A stretch of 32,000 nucleotides of DNA from Blochmannia endosymbiont of Camponotus nipponensis (GCF_009827135.1 NZ_CP046534.1:1-32000), one strand, 5' to 3'; positions 1-11,257 are shown, counted from the stretch's first letter. Numbers and translations are program-made. The notes: generated by a model from the letters alone, not told the origin.

Positions 1-333
1 TTTAAATCGATCTTCTGTTTGATCTGAATGTTGTTTCTTTTTAGAAGCATTAGAGATCACCGTTTGTTTTCCCAATGGACGCTGTGTGTCTGCTATTTTA
101 AATCGATCTTCTGTTTGACTTTGTACGCAATTTTTTTTTATTTTTGGGTCAACATTCTGAATGAAAGTATTAATTGCATGTTCATGATTAGCAAAATTAA
201 CAGTATGTTGTTGTTTTTTTGTAATTATGTGTTTGTATATCAATAAACATATAATTACGTGCACCATAACAGACACTATCATGGCGGACATAAATTTTTT
301 ATAATATCTATTAAATAAATTTAATAATATCAT
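1..333 (-). CDS. tolA: TolA, N-terminal part (gene runs off the left edge of the window)
   Basis: Hand translation of the minus strand from ATG at 333 is open to position 1: MILLNLFNRYYKKFMSAMIVSVMVHVIICLLIYKH... The single N-terminal TM segment SAMIVSVMVHVIICLLIY resembles E. coli TolA AIIISAVLHVILFAALIW. It is followed by a K/Q/E-rich repetitive region and lies immediately downstream of tolQ-tolR as in E. coli. It is not in the ORF track because there is no stop in the window. Confidence 0.75.
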   Translation of the reverse strand, partial: MILLNLFNRYYKKFMSAMIVSVMVHVIICLLIYKHIITKKQQHTVNFANHEHAINTFIQNVDPKIKKNCVQSQTEDRFKIADTQRPLGKQTVISNASKKKQHSDQTEDRFK

Positions 334-361
334 CTTATTTTATAAGAATGTTGTTCTGTAT

Positions 362-787
362 TTAAGTAAAAGGATCTGTTATCATCCCAATTGAATGCAC
401 ACCAATATTATTTAATAAATTTAATACCTTAATTATTGCATCATATTCTATTGTTTTATCAGCAGCTATCAAACATGATATGTTGGGATTGATTCGCATT
501 TGATTACTTATTTCTGAAGAAATTTGCTCTAGACGTAATTGCTCTGTGTGTTTGTTGTTAATAACAAGATTATAGAGTCCCATTCTCAAAATTTCAATAG
601 TAATCATAATTTTTTCATTATTGAGAATATTTGTTGTGACTGCACTATTTGGAAGATTTACCTCAAAACTTTGTATTAATTTAGACGGTACTATCATAAA
701 AATCATTAAAAGAACTAATAATATATCTAAAAACGGTATGATATTAATATCAGATTTAATCATGTGTCTCATACGTTTTCTCTTCAT
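362..787 (-). CDS. tolR: Tol-Pal system protein TolR
   Basis: 141-aa ORF. The N-terminus ...KSDINIIPFLDILLVLLMIFMI... matches E. coli TolR ...KSEINIVPLLDVLLVLLLIFMA... The C-terminal ...YDAIIKVLNLLNNIGVHSIGMIT matches YDEIIKALNLLHSAGVKSVGLMT. Length is about the same as E. coli (142 aa). It overlaps the tolQ 3' end by 32 nt. Confidence 0.9.
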   Translation of the reverse strand: MKRKRMRHMIKSDINIIPFLDILLVLLMIFMIVPSKLIQSFEVNLPNSAVTTNILNNEKIMITIEILRMGLYNLVINNKHTEQLRLEQISSEISNQMRINPNISCLIAADKTIEYDAIIKVLNLLNNIGVHSIGMITDPFT

Positions 788-1514
788 ATTGGTTTTCCTG
801 ATTTAATGCTACAGCGTCAATGTCAAAAAAAATCTGACGATATAGAACGGCAATAAACTCCTCTATAAAGGTATTACAATCTTGATCCATATTGTTGATT
901 TGCGTAGTTAAATAATTAAACGCTATAACCGCTGGAATAGCCACGAACAAACCAATTGCCGTAGAAATTAATGATTCTGCAATACCTGGTGCAATAATTT
1001 CTATATGAATCATTTGAGTAGCAGCAATATTAGGAGCAGTGGTTTTACCCAACTCAATAAAAACATGTATGATTCCTAATACTGTTCCAAATAAACCAAG
1101 ATATGGACTTATAGAACCAATTGTACCTATTAATGGGATATAATCTTCTAATGTTTTTAGCTCTATATTTAGAGCTGTATGCATAGTATCTAATGTCCTA
1201 GAAATTATTGTTTCAGGTGAACAGTATTTTTTTTGATATAATTTAGAAAATTCTTTAAAGCCTACATAAAAAATCTTTTCAACGCCATTTAATTTGCTAC
1301 GATGAACTGAGACTTTTTTATATAAACTAGATAGGTCTATTCCAGACCAAAATTCGTTTTCAAATGCCTTCAATTTACGCTTCGCTAAATTAAACGCTAA
1401 AACACGATGAAAAATAATGCTCCAAGACAAAATAGAAAATCCAATCAGTATGAATATACTGATTTTTACTAAAATATCAGTTTTTAAAAATAAATCAAAA
1501 ATATCCATACTCAT
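756..1514 (-). CDS. tolQ: Tol-Pal system protein TolQ
   Basis: 252-aa ORF. MSMDIFDLFLKTDILVKI... matches E. coli MTDMNILDLFLKASLLVKL. The conserved GSISPYLGLFGTVLGI and APGIAESLISTAIGLFVAIPAV motifs are present. It has a short internal insertion and a C-terminal extension relative to E. coli (230 aa). Confidence 0.95.
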   Translation of the reverse strand: MSMDIFDLFLKTDILVKISIFILIGFSILSWSIIFHRVLAFNLAKRKLKAFENEFWSGIDLSSLYKKVSVHRSKLNGVEKIFYVGFKEFSKLYQKKYCSPETIISRTLDTMHTALNIELKTLEDYIPLIGTIGSISPYLGLFGTVLGIIHVFIELGKTTAPNIAATQMIHIEIIAPGIAESLISTAIGLFVAIPAVIAFNYLTTQINNMDQDCNTFIEEFIAVLYRQIFFDIDAVALNQENQYEEKTYETHD

Positions 1515-1896
1515 TATTAATTTATATATTTCATAAAGGACACATAATATATTTTTTTATGAACAATACTTATCATCGTATTATATATTTTAATTCTTAA
1601 AATATATAATCGTATATATAGTTATTGTAGAAAATATGATCTTTTTGTAAAAACAAACTGTTAATATAAATGTAAACTTTCTAACTAAAAATTCAAATAA
1701 AATGCAACCTATATTTTTATTAAAAAAAACGAAACAATAGAAGCAACAAAGTACCAACCGCATTCTCAAATAGAATTATATAACAAAACAACGTGACCAT
1801 AACTAATGCATTGTCATGTTTATATTAATAAATATTAAAAAACATTATTAAAATATTTATATATATGAATTGTGCATATATGGAATGTTATTATTG

Positions 1897-2769
1897 TTAT
1901 GCATTAATAATGGATTTTATATATTGACCAATGTTAATAAAGTTATCCACAACATGTACTCCTGATTTAGACAAAATTGTATATTTCTCTTTAGCAGTAC
2001 TACCGATACCAGAAATAATAGCACCTGCATGACCCATGCGCTTCCCTTTAGGAGCAGTAGATCCTGCAATATATGCAACCACTGGTTTTTTAACATATTT
2101 TCTAATATATGTTGCCGCTTTCTCTTCAGATCTACCTCCTATTTCACCAATCATTACCATTAATAAAGTTTGAGGATCTTGTTCGAATAATGATAATATA
2201 TCAATAAAATCAGAACCGAGTATTGGATCACCACCAATACCAACACATGTAGACTGACCTAATCCAAGATCAGTTGTTTGTTTTACTATTTCATATGTTA
2301 AAGTACCTGATCTAGATACAATTCCCACACAACCTGGATTATGAATATTACTTGGCATTATTCCGAGTTTACATTGTCCCGGAGTAATAATTCCTGGGCA
2401 ATTTGGGCCAATCATGCATGTATTATTTTTTTTTAATTCCTTTTTTATCAACAACATATCCAATATTGGAATACCTTCGGTAATACAAACAATTAACTGA
2501 ATACCTGCATGAATTGATTCTAAAATTGCATCCTTACAAAAAGGAGCCGGCACATAAATAATAGAAGCTGTCGCATCAGTACTACTTATCGCTTTATCAA
2601 CAGTATCAAATATTGGTAATCCGAGATGGGTGTGTCCTCCTTTCCCTGGTGTAACTCCACCTACTATTTGTGTGCCATAATCTAATGCTTGTTGAGAATG
2701 AAAACTAGCATGTCTACCAGTAAATCCTTGACAAATTATTTTTGTATCTTTGTTAATCAAAATTGACAT
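1897..2769 (-). CDS. sucD: Succinyl-CoA synthetase alpha subunit
   Basis: 290 aa. [18 protein letters not shown] matches E. coli SucD MSILIDKNTKVICQGFTG and similarity is near full length. The phosphohistidine loop GHAGAII is present. Confidence 0.97.
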   Translation of the reverse strand: MSILINKDTKIICQGFTGRHASFHSQQALDYGTQIVGGVTPGKGGHTHLGLPIFDTVDKAISSTDATASIIYVPAPFCKDAILESIHAGIQLIVCITEGIPILDMLLIKKELKKNNTCMIGPNCPGIITPGQCKLGIMPSNIHNPGCVGIVSRSGTLTYEIVKQTTDLGLGQSTCVGIGGDPILGSDFIDILSLFEQDPQTLLMVMIGEIGGRSEEKAATYIRKYVKKPVVAYIAGSTAPKGKRMGHAGAIISGIGSTAKEKYTILSKSGVHVVDNFINIGQYIKSIINA

Positions 2770-3943
2770 TTTTCAAGTTCACCGCAGTTACAATTTGTTG
2801 AATTGCATCAATTAAATTATTAGTAACAATAACACCATATTTACTATTAATTAATCTATTAGAACCTAATGCAGAATTATTACCTTCTAATCGCGCTACG
2901 ATAGGAAAAGATGTTGTATTACATGTGGACAATGCAGTAATAACACATTCAGCAACTAAATCACAACATACAATCCCACCAAAAATATTTATAAGTATTG
3001 CTTTTACCATAGTATCTTTTAAAATCATATAAAAAGCTGATATTATACATTCTTTGCTTGCACCTCCTCCAATATCTAAAAAATTAGCAGGAACTCCACC
3101 CAACGATTTAATTATATCCATAGTAGCCATCGCTAACCCAGCCCCATTAACCATGCAGCCAATATTTCCATCTAATGGAACATAATTGATAGAATTCCAT
3201 TGATTATTAGACATCATCTTGCTTGTTTTATTTATCTCGCATATACTCAATAATTCTGATTGTCTAAATACAGCATTATCATCTATAATAATTTTAGCAT
3301 CTAGACAAAAAAAATCATCATTATCAGTAACAGCTAATGGATTAATTTCAATTAAGATTAGATCTTTTTCCAAAAGCATATGTGTAGCATTAACAATAAT
3401 TTTAGCAAACTGATTTATTTTAGATCCAGATAAACCCAATTGACACGCTAATATTCGTCCTTGATAAGGATGCATTCCGATTAAAGGATTAATGATCATT
3501 GTATGAATAAGATTAGGTTTTTTTTGCCCGGTAGTTTCGATATTTATACCACCTTGGTTAGAAACCATACATATTATTTGAGATGTATCTCTATCAACTA
3601 ATATGCTTAAATAAAATTCTTGAATGATTTTAACAGCTGGTTCTATAAGAATAGAATGTACTAATTCTCCAGAATTAGTAGTTTGATATGTTACCAATTT
3701 GTTTCCAAGCCACTTATTAGCAAAAGATAATATATCTGACGTGCAAGGCACAACACACACCCCCTTTGATTTTCCACGTCCTCCTGCTTGTATTTGACAT
3801 TTCACTACCCACGGGCCACTACCAATGGTATTTGCAGAGATGTAATGCTCTAGATCATTTAAAGTAGTACATACGAAACCTTTTAAAACAGGTAGATCAT
3901 ATTTTACCATCAGTTGTTTTGCTTGATACTCATATAAATTCAT
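2753..3943 (-). CDS. sucC: Succinyl-CoA synthetase beta subunit
   Basis: The ORF track starts at 3952 (TTG). The ATG at 3943 gives [11 protein letters not shown], matching E. coli SucC MNLHEYQAKQL. Similarity is full length (WVVKCQ..AGGRGK, NGAGLAM, NIFGGIV). The 3' end overlaps the sucD start by 17 nt. Confidence 0.95.
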   Translation of the reverse strand: MNLYEYQAKQLMVKYDLPVLKGFVCTTLNDLEHYISANTIGSGPWVVKCQIQAGGRGKSKGVCVVPCTSDILSFANKWLGNKLVTYQTTNSGELVHSILIEPAVKIIQEFYLSILVDRDTSQIICMVSNQGGINIETTGQKKPNLIHTMIINPLIGMHPYQGRILACQLGLSGSKINQFAKIIVNATHMLLEKDLILIEINPLAVTDNDDFFCLDAKIIIDDNAVFRQSELLSICEINKTSKMMSNNQWNSINYVPLDGNIGCMVNGAGLAMATMDIIKSLGGVPANFLDIGGGASKECIISAFYMILKDTMVKAILINIFGGIVCCDLVAECVITALSTCNTTSFPIVARLEGNNSALGSNRLINSKYGVIVTNNLIDAIQQIVTAVNLKNVNFD

Positions 3944-4024
3944 AATATACAACCATATTTATCGAGATTGCTACGAATTAACATCATAACTAAAAATTCA
4001 AATAATACGACGAACTATGTGTTA

Positions 4025-5269
4025 TTAAATCCCTAAAAACAAACGCATTGGATCTTCTAACAACTCTTTAACATACACTAAAAAACTTACTGCATCCTTT
4101 CCATCTATTAATCTATGATCATATGATAAAGCCAAATACATCATAGGTAATATTATTACTTCTCCATCTACCGCTATAGGCCTATCTTTTATTGCATGCA
4201 TACCAAGAATTGCACTTTGTGGAGGATTAATAATAGGAGTAGACATTAATGATCCAAAAATTCCACCATTAGTAATGGTAAAGTTACCTCCACTTAATTC
4301 TTCAATTTTTAGTTTTCCATTTTTCCCTTTTTCAGCTAAATATTTTATTTTTTTTTCAATATCAGATACACTTAATGTATCAATATTTCGTAATACTGGT
4401 GTAATTAAACCACGATCCGTAGATACAGCAATACTTATATCAAAATAATTATAATATACTATTTCTTCTCCATCAATGGCTGCATTAATTTCAGGAAAAT
4501 TTCTTAATCCTTCTAGGACTGCTTTTACATAGAAAGACATCAATCCTAACTTAATTCCATAACTTTTTTCAAATAATTCTCCATATTTTTTTCTCAATAT
4601 TATAATGGGCTGCATGTTCACTTCGTTAAAAGTAGTCAACATAGCCGTAGTATTAGTGATAGCTAATAAACGTTCTGCTATTTTTTTTCGTAAGCGATTC
4701 ATTAAAATACGGGTTTCTTTGCGATTATTTTTATTTTTTTTTATGTGATCATGATCCACTTCTACATAATTTTTTTGATCCTTACAATGTGTTGTTTTTA
4801 TAGAATGAATATATGATTCTACATCTTGACGAGTTACACGCCCTTTAATTCCACTACTTTTAATGCCTGTTGACTGCAAATCATGTTCTGCTACTAATTT
4901 TCGAATAGATGGAGTCAAAGTATTATGATTCTCATTATTTTGGATAATCGAATGTTCTTGAGATACTGCTGACGTAATAGATTTTTGATCTTTATAGTTT
5001 GATGGTATACCTTTTTCAAAAGTGATTCGATTTACATTCAGACGTCCTAAAATTTGTCCAGATACTACTATTGATCCTTCTTGTTCTAAAATTGACTCTA
5101 ATGTTCCTGTGTTTGGAGCAGGCACTTCTAACATGATTTTGTCCGTTTCAATTTCCACTAAAATATCATCCTGTTTAATTTCATCTCCTGCTTTTCTATG
5201 CCACACAGCAACGGTAGCGTCTGCAACCGATTCTGGTAAAGTCGGAACCAAAATGTCTATACTACTCAT
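4025..5269 (-). CDS. sucB: 2-oxoglutarate dehydrogenase E2 (dihydrolipoyl succinyltransferase)
   Basis: 414 aa. [24 protein letters not shown] matches E. coli Suc[25 protein letters not shown]. The lipoyl-lysine motif IETDK and the catalytic C-terminal SYDHRLIDG are present. Confidence 0.97.
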   Translation of the reverse strand: MSSIDILVPTLPESVADATVAVWHRKAGDEIKQDDILVEIETDKIMLEVPAPNTGTLESILEQEGSIVVSGQILGRLNVNRITFEKGIPSNYKDQKSITSAVSQEHSIIQNNENHNTLTPSIRKLVAEHDLQSTGIKSSGIKGRVTRQDVESYIHSIKTTHCKDQKNYVEVDHDHIKKNKNNRKETRILMNRLRKKIAERLLAITNTTAMLTTFNEVNMQPIIILRKKYGELFEKSYGIKLGLMSFYVKAVLEGLRNFPEINAAIDGEEIVYYNYFDISIAVSTDRGLITPVLRNIDTLSVSDIEKKIKYLAEKGKNGKLKIEELSGGNFTITNGGIFGSLMSTPIINPPQSAILGMHAIKDRPIAVDGEVIILPMMYLALSYDHRLIDGKDAVSFLVYVKELLEDPMRLFLGI

Positions 5270-5289
5270 TTTATATCCTTTTTAAAAAA

Positions 5290-8148
5290 TTAATTTAGAT
5301 TTAGTGCATCTTCAATTAATTTTTTTTGTTGTTGTTGATGCACTGAAAAATATCCCACCGCAGGTGCAGCAGAATCAGGACGCCCTATATAATGTAATTT
5401 AATGTGTGAAGGGATTATACTATAAAAACAATGTTGTATGTAATACCAAGCCCCTTGATTTTTAGGTTCTTCTTGACACCAAGCAAAATCTTGTACATTC
5501 GAATAAGAAGCAAAAATAGCCTGTATATTTTCATAAGGAAAAGGATATAATTGTTCAATACGAATAATAGCTATATTATGTTGTTTATTTTTCAGTCGTT
5601 GACCCAACAAATCATAATACACCTTTCCAGAACATATTACCACACGTTTAATTTGATTTAAAACAATGTCATCATCTATTTCATTAAATACTCTCTTAAA
5701 TGATTCATGTACTAAGTCTTCCAATGAAGTAGTTACCATCGGATGTCTTAATAAAGACTTCGGGGATATCACAATTAGTGGCTTCTTAGCGCTACATGTT
5801 GCTTGTTGACGTAATATATGATAGATCTGACCCGGAGTAGAAGGCATACAGATACGTATATTATGTTCAGAGCACAATTGTAAATATCGTTCTATACGAG
5901 AAGAAGAATGTTCTGGTCCTTGTCCTTCATATCCGTGTGGTAAAAACATGACTAAACCACACAATTGACCCCATTTTTGTTCACCAGAACTAATAAATTG
6001 ATCGATGACAATTTGCGCTCCATTAGAAAAATCTCCAAATTGTGCCTCCCAAATAACCAACATATTATCTGCTAAACTAGCATAACCATATTCAAATGCT
6101 AAAGCTGCTTCCTCAGATAATACTGAATCCCAAACAAAAAAAGATCCTTGTTTATTTTCTGTGTTATTAATATGTGTTAAAGGGATATATTTCATACCAT
6201 TATTTTGATCATATATCACAGTATGTCTATGAAAAAACGTTCCTCGTGCAACATCTTCACCAGATAAACGGATAGAAATTCCCTGATCTAACAAAGTTGC
6301 ATATGCTAGAATTTCTGCTGCTCCCCAATCAAACAATCTATTACCTAACGCCATCTCCATTCTATCATGGTAAATTTTCTTTACTCTAGCATGCATAGTA
6401 ATACTCGATGGAATATTACTGATATGATAAGCTAAACTTTTTAAGTATTGGACATTTATTTTATCAGAGCTCAGGATATTATCATTTTTACCTAAATTGC
6501 GTATATGCAAGGACGTACGAATACTAACTGGTTGCCATTTATTCAAAATACAATGCTCTTTATCTAATTTTTCACGATATACATTGATCATTTTAGCACT
6601 GTCATCCATATTTATTATTCCATTTTTATTTAAAATATTGGCATAAATATTAAGCAATGTTGGATGATTACGAATTTTTTTATACATCATAGGTTGAGTA
6701 ACGCTTGGTTCATCAGCTTCATTGTGCCCATATCTACGGTAACATACTAAATCGATTATCACATCACGTTTAAACATATTACGAAAATTTAATGCAACAC
6801 GAGTAACATGAATAACTGCATCTACATTATCTGCATTAACATGGAATATAGGAGCCTGTATCATTTTTGCTATATCTGTGCAATATTGTGTAGAACGAAT
6901 GTCATGAATATCTGATGTTGTAAACCCCACCTGATTATTGATAATAATATGTACTGTACCTCCTACATCATAAGCATGAGTCTTAGACATGTTAAAAGTT
7001 TCTTGAACGATTCCTTGACCACTAATTGCTGCATCTCCATGTATTGTAATTGGGAGCACTAAATTATATTTCTTTTTATCATCATGATGTATCGAATGTT
7101 CCAATAGTTGATCAATTCGTGCACGAGCACATCCCATAACTACCGGACTAACAACCTCAAGATGAGAGGGATTACATAATAAAGATAAATGTATAATCTG
7201 ACCATTAATTGTAATGTCTGAATAAAATCCCTGATGATATTTTACATCACCACTACCAAAAGTAGTTTGATGTTTATCAGAAAATTCTTTAAACAAATCT
7301 TGAGGATTTTTACCTAAAACATTAATTAAAACATTTAGACGTCCACGGTGAGCCATTCCCAATAATATTTCTTTAATATTATGATGATAAACAGAGTGAC
7401 GTATGATTTCTTTTAACATAGGAATTAGAACATCACCTCCTTCCAGTGAAAATCTTTTAGCTCCTGGAAATTTTGTTCCTAAATAACGCTCTATTCCTTC
7501 TGCTGCTATTATTTCCTGAAGAAATTGTTTTTTTTCTTCAGGATTAAGATTAAATACACCTGCTTTGGATTCAAAATGATTTTGAATCCAAAGCATTATA
7601 TTTATATCAAGAACATGCATATATTCAATTCCTATGGGTCCACAATAAATTTTTTTTAGAAATGCGTATATTTCCAATAAAGTCATTGATTCTGTATTTA
7701 TCCCAAAATGGATCGTATCAAATTTTTTTTGAAGATTTTCCAGAGAAAAATTGTAATTTTCTAAGTCTAAAAAATAGTTTTCCGATTTATTACTCCATAA
7801 TTGTAAAGGATCTAACGCAGCATATTGATGCCCATATATTCTGAAAGAATTTATTAATTGTGATATTTGTATATAAGTAATATTACTGCTATGAATACCA
7901 GTGTTTACATACGATTCGTTAGGTACAATAGTATATTTTAACTGAGAATGCGTATTATTTTTTGAATTATCAGAAGATTTATTTTCATGATTTTTTTCAA
8001 AATATAATTTTTTAAACATTTCAGTCCAACTAGAATCTATAGAATTTGGATTTTTTAAAAAATCCTTATAAATTTGCTCTATATAAGATTGATTATTTTT
8101 TGATAAATAAGAAGAATCTAACCAATTTTTCAGTGTATTGCTATACAT
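5290..8148 (-). CDS. sucA: 2-oxoglutarate dehydrogenase E1 component
   Basis: The ORF track begins at 8199. The ATG at 8148 gives MYSNTLKNWLDSSYLS, matching E. coli SucA MQNSALKAWLDSSYLS, and is preceded by AAGGA about 8 nt upstream. Similarity is full length (GAKRFSLEGGD, MAHRGRLNVL, HGDAA..GQG, LPHGYEGQGPEHSS). Confidence 0.95.
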   Translation of the reverse strand: MYSNTLKNWLDSSYLSKNNQSYIEQIYKDFLKNPNSIDSSWTEMFKKLYFEKNHENKSSDNSKNNTHSQLKYTIVPNESYVNTGIHSSNITYIQISQLINSFRIYGHQYAALDPLQLWSNKSENYFLDLENYNFSLENLQKKFDTIHFGINTESMTLLEIYAFLKKIYCGPIGIEYMHVLDINIMLWIQNHFESKAGVFNLNPEEKKQFLQEIIAAEGIERYLGTKFPGAKRFSLEGGDVLIPMLKEIIRHSVYHHNIKEILLGMAHRGRLNVLINVLGKNPQDLFKEFSDKHQTTFGSGDVKYHQGFYSDITINGQIIHLSLLCNPSHLEVVSPVVMGCARARIDQLLEHSIHHDDKKKYNLVLPITIHGDAAISGQGIVQETFNMSKTHAYDVGGTVHIIINNQVGFTTSDIHDIRSTQYCTDIAKMIQAPIFHVNADNVDAVIHVTRVALNFRNMFKRDVIIDLVCYRRYGHNEADEPSVTQPMMYKKIRNHPTLLNIYANILNKNGIINMDDSAKMINVYREKLDKEHCILNKWQPVSIRTSLHIRNLGKNDNILSSDKINVQYLKSLAYHISNIPSSITMHARVKKIYHDRMEMALGNRLFDWGAAEILAYATLLDQGISIRLSGEDVARGTFFHRHTVIYDQNNGMKYIPLTHINNTENKQGSFFVWDSVLSEEAALAFEYGYASLADNMLVIWEAQFGDFSNGAQIVIDQFISSGEQKWGQLCGLVMFLPHGYEGQGPEHSSSRIERYLQLCSEHNIRICMPSTPGQIYHILRQQATCSAKKPLIVISPKSLLRHPMVTTSLEDLVHESFKRVFNEIDDDIVLNQIKRVVICSGKVYYDLLGQRLKNKQHNIAIIRIEQLYPFPYENIQAIFASYSNVQDFAWCQEEPKNQGAWYYIQHCFYSIIPSHIKLHYIGRPDSAAPAVGYFSVHQQQQKKLIEDALNLN

Positions 8149-8353
8149 TGTAAAATCCTTGTATTTTTTTACGTTTAATTTTTTAATAATTAATTCCAAA
8201 TCATTAATACAATTAAAATATCTTATTATATTTTATATATTAATTAACTTTTAATTTTATCCTCTATATATGAAGATATATATGTATATATATATATTGA
8301 AGTGCATTAGATTATTATTTACATTTTATTCTAAATTGTGTTGATGATTATTT

Positions 8354-9109
8354 TTATTTTTGAATGTTATTTATACCGATTGCACTTTTGGCTAATATTC
8401 GTTTAATATGACCTATAGCCTTGGCTGGATTTAATTTTTTAGGACATACATTAACGCAATTCATAATGTTATGACAACGAAAAATACTAAAAGAATCTTT
8501 GAAATTTTCTAACCGTTCTCTCTGATTAGTATCACGGCTATCCATTAAAAAACGATATAAAGCCAATAACCCAGCAGGACCAATAAACTTATCTGGATTC
8601 CACCAAAAAGAAGGACAGGAACTAGAGCAACACGCGCATAATATACATTCGTAAGATCCATCTAATTTAGAACGTTCTTCTGGAGATTGTAAATGTTCAT
8701 GAATCAACTGAGAAGATTCCTGATTAGAGTGATCATTGATTAAAAACGGCTGTATTCTTTCGTATTGCGTATAAAATTGACTCATATCTACTACTAAATC
8801 ACGAATTATTGGAAATCCAGGTAATGGACGTACTACAATTACTTTCTGATTCTTGTTATCATATAATTCTGTTAATGGAGTAATACATGCTAAACCATTT
8901 GTTCCATTAATATTCATTCCATCAGAACCACATACCCCCTCTCTACAAGAACGACGAAACGTTAAAGCTGGGTCTATTTCTTTTAGCTTAATTAAAGCAT
9001 CTAATAACGTCATATTTTTTATATGTAATAAATCAAGCATATAATTTTTCATATAAGAATTTTTACTGACTTCAGGATGATAACGATAAATGGAAAATTT
9101 AATTTGCAT
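8354..9109 (-). CDS. sdhB: Succinate dehydrogenase iron-sulfur subunit
   Basis: 251 aa. MQIKFSIYRY matches E. coli MRLEFSIYRY. All three Cys clusters are retained (CREGVCGSDG..C, CILCACCSSSCP, CHNIMNCVNVCP). Confidence 0.97.
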   Translation of the reverse strand: MQIKFSIYRYHPEVSKNSYMKNYMLDLLHIKNMTLLDALIKLKEIDPALTFRRSCREGVCGSDGMNINGTNGLACITPLTELYDNKNQKVIVVRPLPGFPIIRDLVVDMSQFYTQYERIQPFLINDHSNQESSQLIHEHLQSPEERSKLDGSYECILCACCSSSCPSFWWNPDKFIGPAGLLALYRFLMDSRDTNQRERLENFKDSFSIFRCHNIMNCVNVCPKKLNPAKAIGHIKRILAKSAIGINNIQK

Positions 9110-9127
9110 AACTTATAACCCCATTTT

Positions 9128-10909
9128 TTAGTACACACGGGCTTTTGGAGGAAAAGGAAGGCGAAACTTTGGCTTCATATTTACATCACGACGCATCATA
9201 ATGTTATTTTTTGGTAAAAACAACGTATGACACAACCAATTTTCATCATCACGCATGGGAAAATCATAACGACTATGAGCTCCTCTACTTTCAGTTCTAA
9301 AAATTGCAGCCATAGCAGTTACATAAGCAGTTTCTAATAAATTATCCAATTCTAAACATTCAACACGTTGAGTATTAAATATATGAGATTTATCGGGTAA
9401 AATAGCGTAATTTAATCGATTGCGTATTTCTTTCAGTTCTTCTAAACCCTTTAGCATTTTTTGTTCTTCTCTAAAAACAGAAAAATTCTTTTGCATACAA
9501 GATTGCAAATCTTGACGTATTGTAACTGGATTTTCTTTCGACCCTACTCTATTATTATCCCAACGAATATAACGGGCTAATGATATTTCTATATCAGAAT
9601 CGGTAGGGCCACGAGCCGGCCATCCTTCTTCTGATAAATACGATTGTATATATGTTCCTGCAGCATGTCCAAATACAATTAAGTCTAATAAAGAATTTCC
9701 ACCGAGCCGATTAGCACCATGTACTGATACACAAGCAGTTTCTCCAACCGCAAATAAACCTGGCACTACTGTATCTATACCTACATTATTTACAGTAATT
9801 ACTTCTCCGTGCACTGTTGTAGGAACACCACCCATCATATAATGACAAGTAGGAAATACTGGAATTAACTCTTTTACCGGATCTATGTAAGAAAAAGTAC
9901 GCACTAACTCCAAAATACCAGGTAACCGCAACTCTAACAATTCTTTTCCCAAATGATCTATCTTTAATTTAACATGAGGACCGCATGTGCCCGAGTACCC
10001 TCGACCTTCTTGAATTTCTAACATAATTGCTCTAGCCACTACATCTCGTCCAGCTAAATCTTTTACATGAGGAGCATATCGTTCCATAAATCTTTCTCCT
10101 GCAACATTTAAAAGATATCCTCCTTCACCACGACACCCTTCACTTACTAAAATTCCAACACCAGCTATACCAGTAGGATGAAATTGCCACATTTCCATAT
10201 CCTGAGCAGGAATACCTGCACGTAATACCATACCAATGCCATCACCGGTATTTATATGAGCATTAGTAGTAGATTGATAAATACGTCCTCCTCCTCCAGT
10301 AGCAAGTACCGTAGCACGTGCTTTAAAGTATACTAATTCTCCTGTTTCGATAGAAAACGCAACACAGCCAAGTATTCTCCCATCTTGATTTTTTACTAAA
10401 TCTAGTGCGTACCATTCTGAAAATATAGTTGTTTTATGTTTTAAATTTTGTTGATACAAAGTATGTAACAGCGCATGTCCAGTACGGTCAGCGGCTGCAG
10501 CAGTACGTGCTGCTTGTTCTTTTCCATAATACAAGGTTTGTCCTCCGAATGGACGCTGGTAAATACGACCATTTTTTAATCTAGAAAATGGTAAACCCAT
10601 ATGTTCCAGCTCTAAAACTGCTTTAGGCCCTGTTTTACACATATATTCAATAGCATTTTGATCCCCTATATAATCAGATCCTTTCACGGTATCATACATA
10701 TGCCACTGCCAATCATCTTCATGATTATTACCGAGAGCAACTGTGATTCCTCCTTGCGCTGATACTGTGTGTGAACGTGTAGGGAATACTTTAGATATTA
10801 AGGCGCAGGAGAAACCCATTTTTGAAATTTCTAGAGCAACACGCATACCTGCGCCTCCAGCTCCGATAACAACTGAAAAAAATTCTTTAACTGATGATAT
10901 ATGATACAT
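9128..10909 (-). CDS. sdhA: Succinate dehydrogenase flavoprotein subunit
   Basis: 593 aa. [25 protein letters not shown] (covalent-FAD His) and ...[11 protein letters not shown]... are all near-identical to E. coli SdhA. Confidence 0.98.
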   Translation of the reverse strand: MYHISSVKEFFSVVIGAGGAGMRVALEISKMGFSCALISKVFPTRSHTVSAQGGITVALGNNHEDDWQWHMYDTVKGSDYIGDQNAIEYMCKTGPKAVLELEHMGLPFSRLKNGRIYQRPFGGQTLYYGKEQAARTAAAADRTGHALLHTLYQQNLKHKTTIFSEWYALDLVKNQDGRILGCVAFSIETGELVYFKARATVLATGGGGRIYQSTTNAHINTGDGIGMVLRAGIPAQDMEMWQFHPTGIAGVGILVSEGCRGEGGYLLNVAGERFMERYAPHVKDLAGRDVVARAIMLEIQEGRGYSGTCGPHVKLKIDHLGKELLELRLPGILELVRTFSYIDPVKELIPVFPTCHYMMGGVPTTVHGEVITVNNVGIDTVVPGLFAVGETACVSVHGANRLGGNSLLDLIVFGHAAGTYIQSYLSEEGWPARGPTDSDIEISLARYIRWDNNRVGSKENPVTIRQDLQSCMQKNFSVFREEQKMLKGLEELKEIRNRLNYAILPDKSHIFNTQRVECLELDNLLETAYVTAMAAIFRTESRGAHSRYDFPMRDDENWLCHTLFLPKNNIMMRRDVNMKPKFRLPFPPKARVY

Positions 10910-11257
10910 CTATATACTCCAAATAATAATCATCCCGAATAATAAATATACGAATAATATACAACCGGTTATCCATATCCCTAATTGCCTCAATACAGGT
11001 AATGTTATATAATCTTCTAATATATGACGCATGCCAATCCAAGTATGACTTAAGACAGAAAAAAGAGCTATGATACTAAATATTTTAGTGGTATTTTTGC
11101 TAAAAAAATCATACCATTTATCATATGACAAAGTGTTAACAGATATCATGAAAACAGAAATATATATAATATATGATAACATCCATATAGCGGAAAATCG
11201 TACCAACAACCATTCATATACTCCATGACACTTCAAAATTAATTTAATTGATACCAT
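10910..11257 (-). CDS. sdhD: Succinate dehydrogenase membrane anchor subunit
   Basis: 115 aa, the same length as E. coli SdhD. MVS...HGVYEWLLVR matches MVS...NGVHDFILVR, and the heme-ligand context SHTWIGM matches IHAWIGM. Its stop abuts the sdhA start. Confidence 0.9.
   Translation of the reverse strand: MVSIKLILKCHGVYEWLLVRFSAIWMLSYIIYISVFMISVNTLSYDKWYDFFSKNTTKIFSIIALFSVLSHTWIGMRHILEDYITLPVLRQLGIWITGCILFVYLLFGMIIIWSI

Noticed and set aside
28-246. 72-aa plus-strand ORF from the track
   Set aside because: It lies antisense to the tolA reading frame, which has clear TolA similarity and operon context. The product is a low-complexity Phe/Leu/Ile-rich translation typical of antisense frames in A+T-rich DNA.
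1800-1896. SdhX-like 3'-UTR sRNA or terminator after sucD
   Set aside because: Only weak all-A/T stems with large loops are present, and there is no G/C-rich terminator or recognisable conserved seed. I cannot support it from sequence alone.
1943-1951. Perfect DnaA-box consensus TTATCCACA
   Set aside because: It is a single isolated box inside the sucD coding sequence. There is no cluster, no adjacent AT-rich unwinding element distinct from background, and no origin-associated genes nearby.
8262-8297. (TA)n-rich tract in the sdhB-sucA spacer
   Set aside because: It is short (about six uninterrupted TA units) low-complexity sequence typical of these spacers. It is not a structured repeat array.
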